Below are positions 56,101-64,000 of a DNA stretch of 64,000 bases, piece by piece. The notes under the pieces are model-generated. The model saw only the letters and a program-made list of their open reading frames with translations. It did not search any database and had not been told where the DNA came from. The stretch comes from an uncultured bacterium (lineage in GTDB: Bacteria > Oederibacteriota > Oederibacteriia > Oederibacteriales > Oederibacteriaceae), in assembly GCA_965112635.1 (NCBI GenBank), contig OZ218778.1:1088001-1152000 (forward strand), read 5' to 3'. Position numbers and translations under genes: made by a program. Numbering within the stretch: position 1 is the stretch's first letter; the number at the start of each line of letters is the position of its first letter.

Positions 56101-56224
56101 CCAGTATCCGTTCTTGTTGAGGTATCAACAGCTGGATACCGATGCGAATAAAGGTCTGGAGTTGTCCTGGGAAACCCCGGAGGGGATACGGGATTATATT
56201 CCCGTTGACCAGATCACGCATTGA
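53105..56224 (+). CDS. GT-C glycosyltransferase with two PA14 domains
   Basis: RAYRLCTVPAAFYYNND loop, LHLSRI. Two PA14-like units (GLTASYF...VRWSG...GAHHLEV; GATGFYY...PFSVAWKG...LSWETP). Confidence 0.78.
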   Translation: MTALQVWIAAIILLVLNGFLLFSGYIVGLAGILIAVGMVGWFYILRFSQQQMKAAAKQAGAREPRLRPSPTGKKGGVKDLKPGLRQAGKTEAKLSGVKDKRPPINLLSVYLNLLPIAFLKKTYPFLLLAGLGILFAGQLWIHSGFFVLGIIGYIFAFIIIGLSALSLVESPWERETAGSERALKTAPSKDHQTDSMFYLGIFLSYYFVTLLILIKQPDNFLGLLFSLLSVFFFASWIYFSQPFTGSWGSKKSSARKKLLGHEGIAFLAIMVFAFLLRAYRLCTVPAAFYYNNDIPSLNIAANIMAQIQSPFGLVLGTINTCFYTLLLPLSKIFVADPLVVTRFAMLVCGMGSILALYLLVRELFDAKTAFWGSFLISISLLHLHLSRIWQPLMPAMFFSLVTLYFFYRTYRATGILPVILGGLALGFLVLSFPPAATCLVLAVLMMLYVYFFDPFSFRDKVNRMALLCMLGVVMATPVLAYMLNHWVEFSGAFKQSTIVGLPFKEWVPAYFRNIGFYVSIFTFKALAPAVNFYLPNPGAPLLDTLSFGFCLLGLFYGLFRIYQMRYIVLLGGGFVTFLTLCLLNNSDPSYGILLVPMFCALGGVGVSKIEECLARFFPQGKKAVFALLVLCLILAAGFNAKKYFVDYGKTSFNQFNTWPDVVAARQIERSLDLKERVISDWVGSPIVNSALYPRTMEAFQPSLHLPIQTPVLSNVSFYFRPPTAMVFSSENFLPFLRYFYPGGKEEKFAEKGVALYSSYKVPKDQVMAIQGLTASYFKKGDEKPYWVKKEMGVSLTNTASLIQGSIGLVRWSGSFFSQQGGTYLFSLVMKGQGRVLVDGQKVAGGSNSAVKSLDGKIDITTGAHHLEVVYAPVAGGEVSVYWTEPGGGKALIPGERLCTMAAPPFGATGFYYPNTDFRGSPAFEKADLMLTTPWAGILPFKKPFSVAWKGLLQIKQAGNYKFYLKSVHPASLTINNIKIITKTSKGPGEAAAAVALKNGQYPFLLRYQQLDTDANKGLELSWETPEGIRDYIPVDQITH

Positions 56225-56374
56225 GTTAGCAGACTGTTAAGCTGGGCTTGCCGCCTTTAAGCGGCCAACCCTGAACTTTAAGGCCCGGAGTTTTTACCCG
56301 GCCAATCATTATTAGGCGCTGTGCTTTTACGGGCAGGCAGCCCATGGCGACAGGATCGCCTGAGAGGAGACAAC

Positions 56375-59254
56375 TTGGCAAAAGAACATAAATCAACCAT
56401 CCCTACAGGGCTGCCGCAAAACCAGCCCGCGGAAAAGATAGTGGTGCCGGGCATCCTCAGCAAAAATCTAAATTTGAATTTTTATCTTTTTATAGGGATG
56501 CTTGTCTTGGCCCTCATTGGACAGGTTTTCTTTTTATTCAGGAAGATAAACACCGCCTTATTTTTTTACGAGATCAGCATCATCCTGGTTTTTGTTCAAA
56601 GCTATCTCCAGAGCAAACTTCGCCCCGAAGGTGTTTATTCGGTGATCCCGGCCCCTGGTCCAACCACCCGCCTATCGGGTTCTTTCCGCTGGAGCCTGCT
56701 TCTTGCCGTTATTTTGAGTTTAAATTCGCTGACTTATTTTTCAAAATCTTTTGATAAGGCCGGCTTCGTTATGTATCTCTGCAGTATTTTATTGTGCGCC
56801 GGCACGATTTTTTGGGCGGATAGGAAGAGTGGCCCTCAACCGGAAAGCCATCCGATTTTCTGGAAAAGTCCCTATGTCTGGCTGTTATTGCTCATCTGTC
56901 TAATGGGCTGGGTCATGCGGGGATGCAATTTGAACAATATCCCGGTGGGGGGATATGAAGACGAACTGGTCTGGGTCTGGCAGGGACTGGAAGTGTTTCT
57001 CGGGCATGTGGCCACTCCTTTTAATCTAGAAGGAGCCGGTGTTTCCAGCCTGATGGTGCATTTTTTTATGGCTCTGTTCCTCAAAGTTTTCCCCTCCGCG
57101 GACAATCTGATCGCCTGCAAAATGGTATCTGTATTTTTTGGGACCCTGGCGGTGCTGGCCATTTATTTTATGCTCGCAAATTTATTCAGCCGAAGAGTAG
57201 GGTTAATCGGTTCGTTCTTGCTGGCCTTTTCTTACTGGCATGCGTGCGCCAGCCGGCTTGTTTATGACCATATAGAATCCCCGTTCTTTGGGATCATTGC
57301 AGTTTATTTCCTTTTTAAAGCTTTCAAAACCGGGAGGTTAATCCACTTCTTTCTTGGCGGAGCGGCGCTGGGGTTTGGGATGTACTTTTATGTGACCGGC
57401 AGAATCCTGCCGTTCGTGTTTGTCCTTTTTCTTATTTACCTCTTCATTTTTCAAAGGGGAATGCTCCGGGCGCATGGGAAAGGTCTTCTGGTCTTTTTTA
57501 TCGCCGTTTTTTTAATTGTTTCTCCGTTCCTCAAAAGCATCAATCCCTGGGGCCCAAGCTATAGTAGCCGTATCAGCCAAACCTCTCTCTATAATGAGAT
57601 CGGGGGCAAGCATTATGCGGCAGCTTTGGCCAAAAATTTTGTCAACTACCTTTTGATGTGCAATGGGATAGGGAACCATAAGGTGCGCTATATACCTGAA
57701 GCTTTCTGGCCCCAGTTAGATTTCTTTTCGTCCATCTTTTTTGCTTTGGGGCTCATGTTTGCCTTATTTCGCTTTAGAGACCCCCGTTATTTGTTCCTGC
57801 TGATCTGGTATTTTTTAATGATCGTCCCAGGAGTTGTTTCTATTGCCGGGGACGCTCCCGCTTCCTGGCGTGTATCGGGCAGCATCCCGCCCATTATTGC
57901 TTTTGCCGCCATCTTTTTTGACCGTGTCGTTGGTTTTGTGGAGGAGCAAAAACTGAAGATAAGGAAAATCGGAAGGGTGGTCCTGGGGGTTGTCCTGCTT
58001 TATATTGCCGTCTTTGGGCTGTGGGCTATTTTCAAGGTCTATGCAACCTCCAAAGCAAATTTTTATGAGGCTCTTCCCATTGAAACGATTATGAGCAGGG
58101 CCATCATCAGCAAGATGCCCCAGTATGATGTCTATGCGACGACAGGCGGAGGACTGGTCCAGATGGCTTTTAATATTCTTACGACCCGGCACGGAGAATT
58201 TAAAAGCTTTGACCCTTACAGAGATATACCGGCCAGCCTGTGCCCGAATAAAAAGGGAGCTTATTATTTTGTAGGCGGCCCCCAGACGTCTTTGGCCGAA
58301 CCACTTTTAAGAGTTTATTACCCTCATGCCAAGTGGACCAATTGTAAAGATGTGAATAAAATTTATGACGGGGAGTACCTTTATAGAAGCGTGGAGATCA
58401 GTTCCCAAGAAGTATCTTCTTATTACGGGGTTGATGCCGCTTATTATAAAGGTGGAGACATTTCAGGGAAGCCAACCCTGCAGCAGGTAGAGCCTCAGAT
58501 CCGTTTTGCCTGGCCGGGCATCAAGCCACCGCTTCCTTTTCCATTCTCGGCAGTATGGCAGGGTGAACTGAACATCCCCGAATTCGGGAAATACAAACTT
58601 GGAATTAAAGCAAAAGGCAAAATGAATATGTTCCTTGATGAAAAACCGATTCTGTCGCATTTACCCAGTAAGGTGCCGGGAGGCAAATGGACCGATGTTG
58701 AACTTATTAAAGGCAGGCACGCGTTTAAAATCGTATATACCTCGCCGAGTTCGGGAGGAGATGTTGTCGAATTATTTTACGGGCAGTATAAAAGCACGGG
58801 TGTCACTGTTCAGGTCGTTCCGGCCTCCAGTATCATCCGTCCGTCTTCATTCAGGATCCATAACGGTTTGATAACAAATTATTACAAAACTTTGGACTGG
58901 AAGGGAGCACCGGTGGCCACACAGCTGGTGCCTGTTTTAATTTCAAGCTGGGGTGACAGTGATCCCTTCCCAGGACCTTTCAGCGTCGAGTTCAATGGGA
59001 AGATCAGAATTGACCAGGAAGGTTTTTATATGTTCCACTTGGGAAGTTATGGGGATGCCTATTTGTATATTGATGGCAAAATCGTTGATGTCAACAGAAG
59101 CAGTTTTACCGATTGCAAGGTATATTTAACTAAAAAGGACCATGCTCTCCGCATGCGGTATACCTTTCGGGGCGGGGCAAAATCAATCCAGTTATGGTGG
59201 ACGCCTCCTAGCGGAGTCCGGGAATTGGTGCCGTTTGAAGTATTGACCCCTTAA
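56375..59254 (+). CDS. GT-C glycosyltransferase with two PA14 domains
   Basis: IPVGGYEDE, WHACASR, GMYFYVTGR. Two PA14-like units (PFSAVWQG; NGLITNYY...PFSVEFNG...LWWTPP). TTG 56375 follows a GAGGAG RBS. Confidence 0.8.
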   Translation: MAKEHKSTIPTGLPQNQPAEKIVVPGILSKNLNLNFYLFIGMLVLALIGQVFFLFRKINTALFFYEISIILVFVQSYLQSKLRPEGVYSVIPAPGPTTRLSGSFRWSLLLAVILSLNSLTYFSKSFDKAGFVMYLCSILLCAGTIFWADRKSGPQPESHPIFWKSPYVWLLLLICLMGWVMRGCNLNNIPVGGYEDELVWVWQGLEVFLGHVATPFNLEGAGVSSLMVHFFMALFLKVFPSADNLIACKMVSVFFGTLAVLAIYFMLANLFSRRVGLIGSFLLAFSYWHACASRLVYDHIESPFFGIIAVYFLFKAFKTGRLIHFFLGGAALGFGMYFYVTGRILPFVFVLFLIYLFIFQRGMLRAHGKGLLVFFIAVFLIVSPFLKSINPWGPSYSSRISQTSLYNEIGGKHYAAALAKNFVNYLLMCNGIGNHKVRYIPEAFWPQLDFFSSIFFALGLMFALFRFRDPRYLFLLIWYFLMIVPGVVSIAGDAPASWRVSGSIPPIIAFAAIFFDRVVGFVEEQKLKIRKIGRVVLGVVLLYIAVFGLWAIFKVYATSKANFYEALPIETIMSRAIISKMPQYDVYATTGGGLVQMAFNILTTRHGEFKSFDPYRDIPASLCPNKKGAYYFVGGPQTSLAEPLLRVYYPHAKWTNCKDVNKIYDGEYLYRSVEISSQEVSSYYGVDAAYYKGGDISGKPTLQQVEPQIRFAWPGIKPPLPFPFSAVWQGELNIPEFGKYKLGIKAKGKMNMFLDEKPILSHLPSKVPGGKWTDVELIKGRHAFKIVYTSPSSGGDVVELFYGQYKSTGVTVQVVPASSIIRPSSFRIHNGLITNYYKTLDWKGAPVATQLVPVLISSWGDSDPFPGPFSVEFNGKIRIDQEGFYMFHLGSYGDAYLYIDGKIVDVNRSSFTDCKVYLTKKDHALRMRYTFRGGAKSIQLWWTPPSGVRELVPFEVLTP

Positions 59255-59271
59255 TATCGTTCAAAAGTCCG

Positions 59272-60195
59272 ATGTGCCCAGGGCAGTGCAAAATGGAATT
59301 TATTCCCTGTAATCTTTGCGGGGCCGATGATTATAAAGTTGTTTATGAGGCCAGTCCTGGGGAGCCGCCGTGCCCGGAATCGCAATACTGCTGCACCAGC
59401 CCAGGCCTAGCCTTTCACGACCGCATTGTCCGTTGCAAGCAATGTGGCTTGATGTATTCCAACCCCCGGGTTCTCTCCCAAGAGATCGAAAAAAATTACA
59501 GGCTTATCCAGGACGATACCTATCTCCAAGAAAAAGAAGGGCGCGTTTTGACCTTTATCAGGAGCCTTGAGGAGTTGGAGAAGGTTAAAAAAGGAGGGAA
59601 ACTCCTTGAAATAGGCTGCTACACGGGTTTTTTTTTGGATCTTGCCAGGCAAAGGGGATGGGATACGCAGGGAGTGGAGTTGTCTGCATGGGCTGCGCGG
59701 CACGCAACGGATACTTTAAAATTAAAGGTCTTCCAAGGCACATTAAGTGAGGCTCGGATGCCTGGAGAACAATTCGATGTTGTGGTTTTATGGGACGTCA
59801 TTGAGCATATGACCGACCCTCTCCATGAGCTTAGGGAGATAAATCGAGTTTTAAAAAAGGACGGCGTGGTTGTACTGACAACGATTTTTATGGATACTTT
59901 GCCCGCTTTGCTGACAAGAGAGAAATATCCATTTTTGATGACAATGCATCTCTATTATTTTACGCGAAAAACAATGGGCAAAATGATGGAAAAAGCAGGG
60001 TTGCAAATTTTTAAAATTGGGAAACATGTGAGGGTTTTGAGGTTAGTTTATTTTTTAAGATATATTAAATTGTTCAGTGTATTATTATATGAACTGTCCA
60101 CTTGGGTCGTAAAAAAGTTAAAATGGGAAGCCAAGCCGGTGTCTGTCAGCTTTTCCGGATTAAAGACAATTTATTGCAGAAAGATAAATTCCTGA
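59272..60195 (+). CDS. Class I SAM methyltransferase with N-terminal Zn-ribbon
   Basis: CNLC...CKQCGL, LEIGCYTG, WDVIEH, HLYYF. The start may be ATG 59293. Confidence 0.87.
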   Translation: MCPGQCKMEFIPCNLCGADDYKVVYEASPGEPPCPESQYCCTSPGLAFHDRIVRCKQCGLMYSNPRVLSQEIEKNYRLIQDDTYLQEKEGRVLTFIRSLEELEKVKKGGKLLEIGCYTGFFLDLARQRGWDTQGVELSAWAARHATDTLKLKVFQGTLSEARMPGEQFDVVVLWDVIEHMTDPLHELREINRVLKKDGVVVLTTIFMDTLPALLTREKYPFLMTMHLYYFTRKTMGKMMEKAGLQIFKIGKHVRVLRLVYFLRYIKLFSVLLYELSTWVVKKLKWEAKPVSVSFSGLKTIYCRKINS

Positions 60196-60213
60196 GATAG
60201 AAAGAGGTTTGTT

Positions 60214-61089
60214 TTGCTGGAACGAGTGCGCGCCTGTTTTCTTTGCGGTTCCCAGGATTACTGGCCGCTTTTTACGGTCAAAAAGACCGTTTCTGTGGTC
60301 AAATGCCCTGGTTGCGGCCTCCTTTATGTGAATCCCCGGCCCACGGACGAAGAATTCCGCAACATTTACCAGAACGAATCCTATTTTAAAAATAAGAATG
60401 TTTTACTTTATGGGTATGACGATTACATGAAAGAGGAACCATTATATCGAGACCTGTTTAAAAGGTGCCTTGAAGACCTAGAACAATATAAGCCAAAAGG
60501 GACCATGCTGGACGTGGGGTGCGCCACCGGTTTTTTCTTAGACGTAGCCCAGTCCCGGGGTTGGGAAACCTATGGAGTGGAAATTTCAAAGTTTGCTTCC
60601 GGTTATGCCAGAGAACATTTCAAACTGAACATTTTTACCGGCACCCTTGCCGAAGCGAAATTACAGAGCGGAATGTTCGATGCGGTCGTGATGTACGATC
60701 AGATCGAGCATGTCCGGGAACCCCTGGAGCAACTCCAGGAAGCTTATCGGCTCCTCAAACCAGGAGGCATCTTGACCATCAATACCCCCAACGCAGGAGG
60801 ACTTTTGAGCAAGATCATGCGCCGCCGCTGGTTCCATTTCAAAGAAGATCACCTGTTTTTCTTTTCCAATACCACGATCAGCAAGGCTCTTGCCGCCGCA
60901 GGTTTTCAGGTCCTTAAGGTCAAGCCCAGCGGCAAAGTCGTCACTTTACGGTACCTCATTGGCAGGTTGAACCATTACAGCAGATTTTTAGCCAGGTTTT
61001 TGGACTATCTTTTAGGCGAATTCAGGTTCGTCAATAAGGCTTTCTATCTATATATCGGGGAGATGGTCGTTTATGCCAAAAAACCCTGA
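60214..61089 (+). CDS. Class I SAM methyltransferase with N-terminal Zn-ribbon
   Basis: CFLC...CPGCGL, LDVGCATG, DQIEH, TPN, DHLFFF. Confidence 0.87.
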   Translation: MLERVRACFLCGSQDYWPLFTVKKTVSVVKCPGCGLLYVNPRPTDEEFRNIYQNESYFKNKNVLLYGYDDYMKEEPLYRDLFKRCLEDLEQYKPKGTMLDVGCATGFFLDVAQSRGWETYGVEISKFASGYAREHFKLNIFTGTLAEAKLQSGMFDAVVMYDQIEHVREPLEQLQEAYRLLKPGGILTINTPNAGGLLSKIMRRRWFHFKEDHLFFFSNTTISKALAAAGFQVLKVKPSGKVVTLRYLIGRLNHYSRFLARFLDYLLGEFRFVNKAFYLYIGEMVVYAKKP

Positions 61090-61870
61090 AATGACCAGCA
61101 GGGAATTTCTCCATGGATATTTGCGAATAAGACCCGTATCCACCGCTTTATGGAGGACTGCGGAATTCATCGAGTTCAAGCGGCTTAAGATCAAGCCCCC
61201 TCTGCTGGATCTAGGCTGTGGAGACGGATTGTTTGCCATGCAACTATTTGGCAAGGGGATAGAAGCAGGAATTGACCTGAACCGCGAAGAGGTCGGCCTC
61301 GCCGTCAAGAAGGGAGTCTACAAGCGGGTCTATGTCCAGAACGCCAGGCGGCTTCCTTTCCCTACCAATCATTTCAATACGGTGTTCAGCAACTGCGTCA
61401 TGGAGCACGTGGGTCCCTTGGATGAAGTCCTCAGGGAGATCCGCCGTGTTTTGAAGCGGGGCGGGAAATTCGTCTTCACAGTGCCTGGAGATCACTTTAA
61501 CCGTTTACTTTTTTACCCCAGGATCTTCCGCGCTGGTGGACTCAAAGCCATGGGTGACTGGTATACAAGATCTCTCAATAAAAGCTTGGCGCATGTTCAG
61601 GTGGAGGGGCCTGTTTTCTGGGAGAAAAGATTAGAAAAAGCAGGTTTGAAATTAGTTTATTCCAATTATTTTATGCCGCATGGCGCCATGGCGTTCTTTG
61701 ATATTACTATTCTCTGGGGGGCCCCCTCCAAACTATGGCGTCGCTATTTTAACCGCTGGACGATCTTTCCCCGTTTCTGGTGGGTTTGGCTGTGGGAAGG
61801 CTTTTTTTACCGTCTTTTAATGAAAAAAGAAAAAGTCGGGGGCGGATTGATTTTGGTCGCACAAAAATAG
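61073..61870 (+). CDS. Class I SAM-dependent methyltransferase
   Basis: LDLGCGDG, SNCVMEH, FTVP. Confidence 0.85.
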   Translation: MPKNPEMTSREFLHGYLRIRPVSTALWRTAEFIEFKRLKIKPPLLDLGCGDGLFAMQLFGKGIEAGIDLNREEVGLAVKKGVYKRVYVQNARRLPFPTNHFNTVFSNCVMEHVGPLDEVLREIRRVLKRGGKFVFTVPGDHFNRLLFYPRIFRAGGLKAMGDWYTRSLNKSLAHVQVEGPVFWEKRLEKAGLKLVYSNYFMPHGAMAFFDITILWGAPSKLWRRYFNRWTIFPRFWWVWLWEGFFYRLLMKKEKVGGGLILVAQK

Positions 61871-61899
61871 TTTCTAGCATTAAGCCACAGGAGTTTCTT

Positions 61900-62613
61900 T
61901 TGAAACCAGTAGTGATGATTCCAACTTATAATGAAAAAGACAATATACTCCTGTTGATCGGCGCGTTATTGTCGCTGCCCGTTAAGCTGGATATCCTTGT
62001 GGTGGACGATAATTCCCCGGATGGAACGTGGAAACTTGTTGAAAAGCTTTCCAAAAAAAACAAGCATGTCCATCTGCTGAGAAGGTTGAACAAGCGGGGA
62101 CGAGGGCCAGCCGGTGTCGACGGGTTCCTCCAGGCGTTGAAAATGGGTGCAGACGTCATCGTTGAAATGGACGCGGATTTTTCCCATGACCCGAAATATA
62201 TTCCCCAGATGCTGAAAGAAATAAAGCATTGGGATGTCGTGATCGGGTCCAGGGCCGTGCCAGGCGGCAGGGATAACCGCAGGGGTTTCCTGAGGTCCTT
62301 GATCACCTGGTTGGCCAGACGATTCATACAATTTCATCTTAATCTTCCCATTCAGGACGTTTCCGGAGGGTATCGTTGTTTCAGAGGCAAGGTGCTCAAA
62401 GCTATCGATCTGGAAAATGTGGTTTCTCGCGGTCCTTCTATTCTGCAGGAAATATCCTATAAGGCTTTTTTAAAAGGGTTTAGGTTCAAGGAGATCCCTA
62501 TTATTTTTACTGACCGTGCCCGAGGGGCTACCAAGCTGAACTTAAAAACCCTTTTAGAATCCTTGATGATGGTATTAGTGATCAAAAAGCGTTATTCTAT
62601 GAAGAACATTTAA
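61900..62613 (+). CDS. Polyprenol-monophosphomannose synthase-like GT2 (Dpm1/Ppm1 family)
   Basis: IPTYNEKDN, VVDDNSPDGT, MDADFSHDP, GSR, D.SGGYRC, PIIFTDR. TTG 61900 follows AGGAG. Confidence 0.9.
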   Translation: MKPVVMIPTYNEKDNILLLIGALLSLPVKLDILVVDDNSPDGTWKLVEKLSKKNKHVHLLRRLNKRGRGPAGVDGFLQALKMGADVIVEMDADFSHDPKYIPQMLKEIKHWDVVIGSRAVPGGRDNRRGFLRSLITWLARRFIQFHLNLPIQDVSGGYRCFRGKVLKAIDLENVVSRGPSILQEISYKAFLKGFRFKEIPIIFTDRARGATKLNLKTLLESLMMVLVIKKRYSMKNI

Positions 62614-62643
62614 GCATTATTTCATACAAATACGAGGAAAAAG

Positions 62644-64000
62644 ATGCTGGATAAGAAAATCGCAAAAGGTTTACGACAGATCGTCGGCGACGAGGACGTT
62701 TTCACGGCCCCCGAGGAAGTCTTTACTTACGAAACCGATGCCTATCCTTTTGGCAAAACAGCACCTTTGGCGGTTGTTTTACCGGAGAGCACCGACGAGG
62801 TCTCCCGCGTCGCTGCGCTCCTGTATGAGGCGGGTATTCCCATCACTCCGAGGGGTTCAGGGACCAGCTTGAGCGGGGGAAGCATCCCCATGCCAGGCAG
62901 TGTGCTGATCCCATTGACGAAGATGAACAAGGTTCTAGAAATCGACGTGTTCAATCGACGGGCCTTGGTCGAGAGCGGCGCCGTTAACATGGCCCTTAAC
63001 AAAAAGGTCCAGCCTTATGGCCTACAGTATGCCCCCGACCCTTCCAGCCAGTTGATCTGCACTTTTGGAGGGAATATCGCCCATAATTCCGGGGGCGCCC
63101 ATACTTTAAAATACGGGGTGACCTCCCATCATATCCTGGGCATGGAAATCGTGACCCCGCATGGTCAGGCCGTTTGGCTGGGGAATATGATAGAGGATCA
63201 GCCTGGGTATAATCTCGCTGGCGTCACTATCGGGTCGGAAGGCACCCTAGGGATTGTGACCAAGGTTTGGGTGCGCTTGATCCCGCTGCCCTTAGGAGTC
63301 CAAACCATCCTGGCCTCATTCCAACAAGCGGAGCAGGCGACCCAAACGGTTTCCGACATCATACGAGTAGGTATCATACCGGCCGCGTTGGAATTGATGG
63401 ACCGGGTTATCCTGCAGGCAGTGGAGCAGGCTTTCCATTATGGTTTTTCCAGCCAGGCCGAGGCGGTTTTGTTGATCGAGGTGGATGGCTTGCCGGCTGG
63501 TCTGGACCGGCAGAGCCAGCGGATCCAGGAGATTTGCCAGAAGAACAAAGCGCTGGAAGTTAAGGCCGCCAAAGACGAGGCGGAAAGGACCCTCCTATGG
63601 ACGAGCCGTAAAAAAGCGGCTGCGGCCATCGGCTACCTCAGCCCCAGTTATTGCATCCAGGACGGCGTAATACCTCGGAGCAAACTGCCTGAAGTCCTTC
63701 CTTTCATCTATGAAATTGGCAAGAAATATCGCCTCAGGATCGGCAATATTTTCCATGCAGGAGACGGCAATCTGCACCCCAATATCCTTTTTGATGATAA
63801 AAATGAAGATGAGGTCAAAAGGGCGATGGCGGCTGGAGAGGATATCATTAAGGTATGCCTGAAATTCGGAGGGGCTATTACGGGAGAGCACGGTGTCGGT
63901 ATCGAGAAAAAAAGTTCTATCCCGCTATTTTTTGACGAGCATGACCTGGGTCTCATGAAGAAAGTAAAGGATGTTTTCGATCCCAAGGGTCTGTGCAACG
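62644..64000 (+). CDS. glcD: FAD-linked oxidase, glycolate oxidase subunit GlcD-like; runs off the window end
   Basis: Translated by hand from ATG 62644 (absent from the ORF track because no stop falls in the window): PRGSGTSLSGG, APDPSS, GGNIAHNSGG...KYGVT, GSEGTLGI, HAGDGNLHP, GEHGVG. Confidence 0.85.
   Translation, partial: MLDKKIAKGLRQIVGDEDVFTAPEEVFTYETDAYPFGKTAPLAVVLPESTDEVSRVAALLYEAGIPITPRGSGTSLSGGSIPMPGSVLIPLTKMNKVLEIDVFNRRALVESGAVNMALNKKVQPYGLQYAPDPSSQLICTFGGNIAHNSGGAHTLKYGVTSHHILGMEIVTPHGQAVWLGNMIEDQPGYNLAGVTIGSEGTLGIVTKVWVRLIPLPLGVQTILASFQQAEQATQTVSDIIRVGIIPAALELMDRVILQAVEQAFHYGFSSQAEAVLLIEVDGLPAGLDRQSQRIQEICQKNKALEVKAAKDEAERTLLWTSRKKAAAAIGYLSPSYCIQDGVIPRSKLPEVLPFIYEIGKKYRLRIGNIFHAGDGNLHPNILFDDKNEDEVKRAMAAGEDIIKVCLKFGGAITGEHGVGIEKKSSIPLFFDEHDLGLMKKVKDVFDPKGLCN

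Noticed and set aside
6139-62613. Ordinary O-antigen/capsule cluster
   Set aside because: No recognisable Wzx, Wzy, Wzz, Wzm/Wzt, initiating transferase or GT4 genes in the window; they could still lie elsewhere in the genome.
62644-64000. glcD-like oxidase as a glycan tailoring enzyme
   Set aside because: It looks like a standard GlcD. Close spacing to the Ppm1-like gene is the only link and the downstream context is outside the window.

Overview
Bacterial window with three parts. (1) 1-1524 is the 3' part of a restriction-type SF2 helicase gene. It is followed by a complete IS110/IS1111-type element (~1571-2926). Its ends, TCA core, sub-terminal inverted repeats, circle-junction promoter and a 3' bridge-RNA-like RNA can all be read from the sequence, including four guide segments that match the element's own target and donor junctions. 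(2) tatD and a secreted Pro/Thr-rich protein. (3) A ~56 kb (6.1-62.6 kb) surface-glycosylation locus. It holds amino-sugar genes, and a transaldolase/isomerase/kinase/phosphatase/nucleotidyltransferase/epimerase/Cys-less UGDH-like/Gfo-Idh-MocA set whose family content mirrors the lincosamide GDP-octose pathway. It also holds five polyprenyl-phosphate GT2 enzymes, seven ~930-1040 aa GT-C (ArnT/PMT-like) proteins with C-terminal PA14-like domains, two further polytopic GT-C-like proteins, eight class I methyltransferases, a TylF-type O-methyltransferase and a B12-radical SAM enzyme. No Wzx/Wzy, ABC exporter or GT4 gene was recognised. The window ends in a truncated glcD-like gene. No rRNA, tRNA or CRISPR array was seen. 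All assignments come from motif reading by eye; no database searches were run.
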